From the NCBI GenBank assembly GCA_965644315.1, contig CBFFRQ010000089.1, positions 496,001 through 560,000 of the forward strand: 64,000 nt of DNA, written 5' to 3'. This DNA is from Caecitellus pseudoparvulus (Eukaryota > Protista > Bigyra: Bicosoecida). Each line of letters starts with the position of its first letter. Position 1 is the first letter of the stretch. A model generated the notes under the pieces. It did no database searches and was not told the DNA's origin. It saw nothing but the letters and a program-made list of their open reading frames with translations. The position numbers were made by a program, and so were the translations under genes. Below are positions 59,635 through 64,000 of this stretch, piece after piece.

Positions 59635-62112
59635 TCATGGAATATTCTGCCACAGCACAGCCACCTTATCACTGCCACCAGTGAACACCCACGGTTGCGT
59701 AGGGTGCCAGACAGCTGCCAAGACACCCAGCTCGTCGTTGCCTGGCGCATGAGCTCGCAACACCTTCACTGGCACCAGCAGCGGGTTCTGCAAGAAGTCA
59801 TCGTACACGCGAGCATGGAAGACATGTACGTTGCCGTCATCGGCCGCAGACATCATGAGGGGGTAGCGAGGATGGAAGCCCACCCGCCGCACGCCTGCAG
59901 TGTGGTACCGAAGGCTCTTGTACGGCTCGTCTCCCACCTCCGTGTCGAACCAGATGACACGCCTGTCGTACGTGCCAACGAGGAGGTGGTCCCCCGTGGG
60001 ATGGATGCTCATGGATGAGATCCACTTTGCCGCCGAGGTGAGCTTCTGCACCTGGCGCTGCTCCACCAGATGATACACTCGCACAGTGCGCTGAGATGCC
60101 ACGTAGAACAGCGGCTTGCTGGGGTGGAATGCCACAGTCTGGATCAGGCCGTGCGCCTTGCGGAAGGGCTTGGTGCTGACGCGGCGTGAGAGTTGGTGCA
60201 CCACGACACTGGCGAGGCCCGCCTTGGGCATGACGGCAGCGAGGTAGTCACCCTTGCCGTGCCATGCCAAACGCCGCACAACACCATGGCACTCCACGCG
60301 CACCTTCATGCCACTGCCGCCGGCGCCTCGCAGCGCGGCCGCATTTGTGAGACCCTCCTGGCGCCACAGCGACAGGCTGCTCACACCATCAATCTTGGGC
60401 AGGTCAGGCCGCTCGTCAGCCTCAGCCGCCACACCAGCGTCTGGCTCCATGCCTTCCGGCAGGGCGGTGGCCTCGGGGTCCGCACGCGCACCCACCAGGG
60501 CATCAAACGTTGCCTCCAGCTGGCTGTCTGCCACTGGCGTACCTGTGGCGATGAAAATGACCTGCGTCTGCACCGCCGCAGCCACGATGCCGAGGGCAGG
60601 GTTTGGGTTCCACTTGACGTCGTGAACGATGCCACGCACGTACCAGCAGCGAGCGCAGCGCGCGGTGGCCACCTCCCACATGCGCACAGTCTTGTCGTCG
60701 CTGCCCGTCACGAGCCACTTGCCGTCAGGGGACACATCCATGCACCGGATGCGACCCCGGTGCCCAGCAAACCGCACCGCACGCGTGGTGGGGAAGGGGC
60801 GCAGCTCGGACGGGTCGGGCAGCTTGGGCAGGAGGGAGTCGGGATCCACTCGCAGCTTGGCCTTCATGGCACGAGGGAAGAGGTACAGGTCCAAGCACCG
60901 CTCAAAGCGATCCTTCACAGCGTTAGCGTAGCCTGGCACGTGGCGCAGGGCGCTGTACTTCACTGGCTCGAAGTCCAGGGGGCGGCGGTGCAAGGGCGTG
61001 TCCAGCCACATCGCCCGTTCCTCGTCCGTGAAGAGGTACTCCGCGGGGGGATTGTACGATGCCGCGTGGCCAGGCAGGCGGGTCTTGGGTGCGGGGATGT
61101 GTGGCACGGCAGAGGCAGAGGTGGCATCCAGCACGTTGCCGTCTTCGCCCCACAGCAGGTACATGGGCCGCTTGTCCTCCTCCACGCGGGGCTTCTGAGC
61201 TTTCCACGTGCCTGCTCGCATGAGGCGAGCGATGGCGTTCACGCGCTTCATCTCCCACTTGCTTGGGACGAAGCGGCGCTTAGGTTCAGGGTCGTGGGAG
61301 AGGGGCGTGGCTTCAGGGGCTGGCTCTGGCACCTGCACGTCCTCTGAGAACTCAGGGTGGGCATAAGTGCCGGCGCGGATGTTCTGGATCAGCTGCACGT
61401 CTCGCTTGGTGAGAGTGTACTTCTCCCCTGTCTTGTCATCTGTGATTGTCCACAGGAAGTCAGCGTCCTCCTGGCTGCGCAAGAAAGCATCCACAGCGTC
61501 TTCTCCACCCGCCTTCATCAGCTGGGAGCCATCCACTCGGTATCCAACATGGTCATAGCCGTCATACCACTCCAATGGCACATTGCCAATGGTGTTCCCA
61601 GCAGCCTCGTCGTCGCTCTCCAAGTCGTCCGTGTGTGCTGCCAGCTGTGCTGCTGTCGCTCCAGACGCGCCGTGCCCGGCTCGCACGATGGGGCCGCCTG
61701 AGGAGCCACTCCCAGTCTCAACACCTCCGTCTGATGCGAATTCCTCGTCCTCCTCGTCCTCCTCGTCCTCCTCGTCCTCCTCGTCCTCACTTCCTTCACT
61801 GGTGCCTGAGGCTGACTCAAATTCCGCAGCAACCCCTTCCTCCGCGTCTGCTTGGGCTTGCCGCATGGCCACTCGCAAAAAAGCGGCGTTCGTTTCCACA
61901 TCGACATCGTCAGCTTCTACGTCGGCGTCCTCCACGAGTCCCCGTCGCTCGCCTTCCTCCAGCATGCCGCCTTCGTCGTCGGACAGATCCAAAGCAGCCG
62001 CTGGAACACTGGTCTCCGCTGCTTGCACCTCAGCCCGCGCGCCTCCGCGCCGCTTGCGCTGCCCAGCACGCCCTGAGGCGGGTGCCTTCCTCGAACGAGT
62101 CCTCACTGGCAT
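59635..62112 (-). CDS. BOP1: Ribosome biogenesis protein BOP1/Erb1
   Basis: NTIGNVPLEWYD.YDHVGY..DG, PEPKRRFVPSKWE, HIPAPK..LPGHA.SYNPP.EYL, LRHVPGY...VKDRFERCLDLYL.PR, LLPKLPDP.ELRPFP, WD40 repeats, VYDDFLQNPLLVPVK.L and WHPTQPW. Confidence 0.95.
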   Translation of the reverse strand: MPVRTRSRKAPASGRAGQRKRRGGARAEVQAAETSVPAAALDLSDDEGGMLEEGERRGLVEDADVEADDVDVETNAAFLRVAMRQAQADAEEGVAAEFESASGTSEGSEDEEDEEDEEDEEDEEFASDGGVETGSGSSGGPIVRAGHGASGATAAQLAAHTDDLESDDEAAGNTIGNVPLEWYDGYDHVGYRVDGSQLMKAGGEDAVDAFLRSQEDADFLWTITDDKTGEKYTLTKRDVQLIQNIRAGTYAHPEFSEDVQVPEPAPEATPLSHDPEPKRRFVPSKWEMKRVNAIARLMRAGTWKAQKPRVEEDKRPMYLLWGEDGNVLDATSASAVPHIPAPKTRLPGHAASYNPPAEYLFTDEERAMWLDTPLHRRPLDFEPVKYSALRHVPGYANAVKDRFERCLDLYLFPRAMKAKLRVDPDSLLPKLPDPSELRPFPTTRAVRFAGHRGRIRCMDVSPDGKWLVTGSDDKTVRMWEVATARCARCWYVRGIVHDVKWNPNPALGIVAAAVQTQVIFIATGTPVADSQLEATFDALVGARADPEATALPEGMEPDAGVAAEADERPDLPKIDGVSSLSLWRQEGLTNAAALRGAGGSGMKVRVECHGVVRRLAWHGKGDYLAAVMPKAGLASVVVHQLSRRVSTKPFRKAHGLIQTVAFHPSKPLFYVASQRTVRVYHLVEQRQVQKLTSAAKWISSMSIHPTGDHLLVGTYDRRVIWFDTEVGDEPYKSLRYHTAGVRRVGFHPRYPLMMSAADDGNVHVFHARVYDDFLQNPLLVPVKVLRAHAPGNDELGVLAAVWHPTQPWVFTGGSDKVAVLWQNIP
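61742..61788 (-). repeat. 9-bp tandem repeat (about 5 copies) encoding EDEEDEEDEEDEEDEE in the BOP1 N-terminus
   Basis: (tcctcgtcc)n is read directly on the + strand. Confidence 0.9.
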
Positions 62113-62669
62113 GTTGTTGAGGCAGGTGCGAATCTTCACGGCCTCTGCGGCCACGCGAGTCCAACGAGCTCCACGTGCTATGCACCGCCACGGCACACGG
62201 TACAGGCCAGGCGGTCCTGATCGCAGAGACACCGACAGCAAAGTCAGCTCTCGGCAGCCCTCGTGCTCCACCGTGCGCAGGTTGTTTAGTTTGTTTGAGA
62301 AGTGCAGGCAGTCGTCAGATGCGCAGGGCCTCACAAGTGCTAGGGCACACCAAGTGGATTGCCACCCGCCGCAACCTTGCACAGCAAACAGCACTCGCCC
62401 AAACTTGATCAGTCATGGGGTTCTCACAGAGTCCCATTCTCGCGCTCGGGATGGGGATCCTCACCCCACGATAGGCATGGCGGCCAGCCTGCTGCCACAC
62501 ACCCGAGCGCCAACCATGGGGGGCGCTTCCAACAACAAGGAGTTGCTGGTGCAAAGCAACACCTACAAATTCCTATCTACCAGTGTTCACATTACCCCCT
62601 GCATGCCCAAGGCATTCTGCAAGGCTGCGCACTTCAGTGCGGAACTTCGACTCCCCAACAGCATCAAGC

Positions 62670-63522
62670 ATGTCTGAGGCCAAGGTCGCCAGCCTGTCCA
62701 TGGACACCGTGAAGGAGGTTGCTAGCAACATTGCCACTCAGATGGGCGTTGCTGACGCGCTCGAGGAGACCCCCGATGAGGTCCTGGCTCTGCTGGTGGC
62801 TGCTGGCTCCGGCAAGTTCACACACGAAACCCGAGTGGACCGCCGCTTCCCCAACATGAACCAGGTGCGTGCTCCTTCGAAAGTGGTCACTTGCAGGGCT
62901 ATGCACAAGTACTGGCCACCCCTTCCTCGCAGTACCACTCCTGCTGGTGAGACAGTGCCGCCTGCACATGTGCCGGCGTGATGTGGGTGCGGAATTGCCC
63001 AGCTCCTCATTACATCCGCCGCTTGCTCGCACCACAGGACCTCTGCCAACGAGTACCAGCTGTGCGTTAAGGCCACTGGTGACAAGACGAACCGACGCTG
63101 CCAGCAGCGGTACCGTGACACCCTCTCCACGTGCCCCGCCTACATGGTGAGTGAGCTCGCGTTCCCATGGCAGGCGGCAGGCCTGTCACACGAGCATCAC
63201 GCCTTGGCCGCGGGCAGGCGAGATCTGCATGCTCGCGCCATGCAGCACAGTCAACCTGCCATCTGGATCACTCGTGGTATACCTTACTCCTCTTTTCGCA
63301 GCTGGAGGGCTGGCAGGAGAACATCGACGAGGGTGCGTGCTGACCTGGCCTTGACTGTGCCTTGACTGCGCTCTGGCGCAGCAGCTGCACTCACACACCC
63401 CTTCCTTCCCGTCGGGCCGAGCAGGTGTCTACGTCGGCGTGAGCGACGAACCTCTGTACCCCGAGGAGGAGGAGGAGGAGGAGGAGGAGGAGGAGGAGGC
63501 CGAGGCTGAGGAGGAGGAGTGA
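62670..63522 (+). CDS. COX6B: Cytochrome c oxidase subunit 6B (COX12); exons 62670-62864, 62933-62946, 63038-63146, 63302-63332, 63425-63522
   Basis: The spliced product ...VDRRFPNMNQ|YHSCW|TSANEYQLCVKATGDKTNRRCQQRYRDTLSTCPAYM|LEGWQENIDEG|VYVG... contains D.RFPN.NQ, CX9C, CX10C and W.E..DEG as in COX6B. The ORF track missed it because of the introns. Confidence 0.85.
63463..63519 (+). repeat. (GAG)n microsatellite encoding a poly-Glu C-terminal tail of COX6B
   Basis: About 12 consecutive GAG, then GCC GAG GCT and (GAG)4, then TGA, in frame with the last predicted exon. Confidence 0.85.
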
Positions 63523-63591
63523 TCTGCCACAGCTGCCGTCAAGCTGCAATGCATTGAACAGAAAGCCCGCTGCCTCGGGCAGCACAAACCC

Positions 63592-64000
63592 TTACTCCTC
63601 ATCTGGGTCTGCTGTAATTCGGAGCAGGATGGTGGGTGATCGCAGCAGCTTCAGAAGCACGTGAAATAGCCGGGCTTCGTCCCGCAGGTGCCCCGGGTAG
63701 CTCTCCGTGCGCGACACTGCTACGCCCTCCACCAGCTCTTGCAGCGCGTCACATTGAGGCATGTCTGAGTAAATGGCGTCTTCCACGCGTGGTGCCAGCG
63801 AAGTCCGCGCCATACGCCCCACAGTTAGCACGATGGTCAAGTACATGGCCAAGATGCCGCTGGCGCCCAGCGCCTGCGTGATGATCTGCGGAGGCAGCTC
63901 ATCAGATACGAGGGAAAACTGGAGCCCGAGACCCGAAACATCTGCCCCAGCACGAGGCGGCATGAGGCCTGAAGAGGGGTCCACGACTTGGCCATCCTCG
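63592..64000 (-). CDS. PIEZO: Piezo mechanosensitive channel, C-terminal end (gene continues beyond the window)
   Basis: VSDELPP...GILAMYLTIVLTVGRMAR...IYSDMP..D.L..L.EG....R......DE..LF..L.KLLRSP..L..IT parallels the Piezo inner helix and CTD (GI.GLY..IVL.IG.F.R...EELP...LIFLYRSPE). Confidence 0.85.
   Translation of the reverse strand, partial: EDGQVVDPSSGLMPPRAGADVSGLGLQFSLVSDELPPQIITQALGASGILAMYLTIVLTVGRMARTSLAPRVEDAIYSDMPQCDALQELVEGVAVSRTESYPGHLRDEARLFHVLLKLLRSPTILLRITADPDEE

Noticed and set aside
59586-59650. tRNA-like start CGGCTGTAGCTCAGCTTGGCCGCAGAGCA (A-box and D-arm-like GCTC/GAGC stem)
   Set aside because: There is no credible anticodon stem, no GTTCRA T-loop and no acceptor-stem partner, and it runs into the BOP1 stop. 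Not a tRNA.
1-64000. Prokaryotic features (operons, CRISPR, IS elements), endogenous virus or transposon insertion, or bacterial contamination explaining the acylase, kinase and M3 genes
   Set aside because: No repeat-spacer array, transposase, integrase, capsid or AT-rich island was seen. The bacterial-like genes sit between intron-containing eukaryotic genes and have similar composition.
1-64000. Alternative genetic code, selenocysteine read-through, or introner-type repeated introns
   Set aside because: Conserved proteins end at expected positions and all three stop codons are used. Apparent frame breaks are resolved by GT-AG introns, and the introns share no extended similarity by eye.

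Overview
Gene-dense, GC-rich eukaryotic nuclear DNA with short GT-AG introns and the standard genetic code (TGA, TAA and TAG all terminate genes). A flagellated protist is inferred, possibly a heterotrophic stramenopile; this cannot be confirmed from the window. About 25 protein-coding genes tile it almost completely, often as divergent or convergent pairs with tiny intergenic gaps. Housekeeping genes: quinone oxidoreductase, WDR89, LRRC71-like, LYRM4/ISD11, a very long VPS15, 14-3-3, GCP3, OGDH E1, a sterol desaturase-family enzyme, transketolase, a class 3 lipase, BOP1, COX6B and the C-terminus of a Piezo. Most unusual items: (1) a fimbrin/plastin 4xCH core whose EF-hand headpiece is replaced by ANK-PH-IQ-PH-IQ-IQ-5xWW; (2) two bacterial-looking hydrolases (penicillin/AHL-acylase family and M3A oligopeptidase) refitted with membrane anchors and N-glycosylation sequons; (3) a duplicated 4TM module joined to a putative beta-solenoid ectodomain; (4) a membrane hybrid histidine kinase; (5) a divergent TAF13/Spt3-like histone fold; (6) a recurrent 5'-proximal motif CCAATTTCCGCA. 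No rRNA, complete tRNA, CRISPR array, transposon or viral insertion was recognised. All family calls come from motifs read by eye, and exon boundaries are manual predictions.
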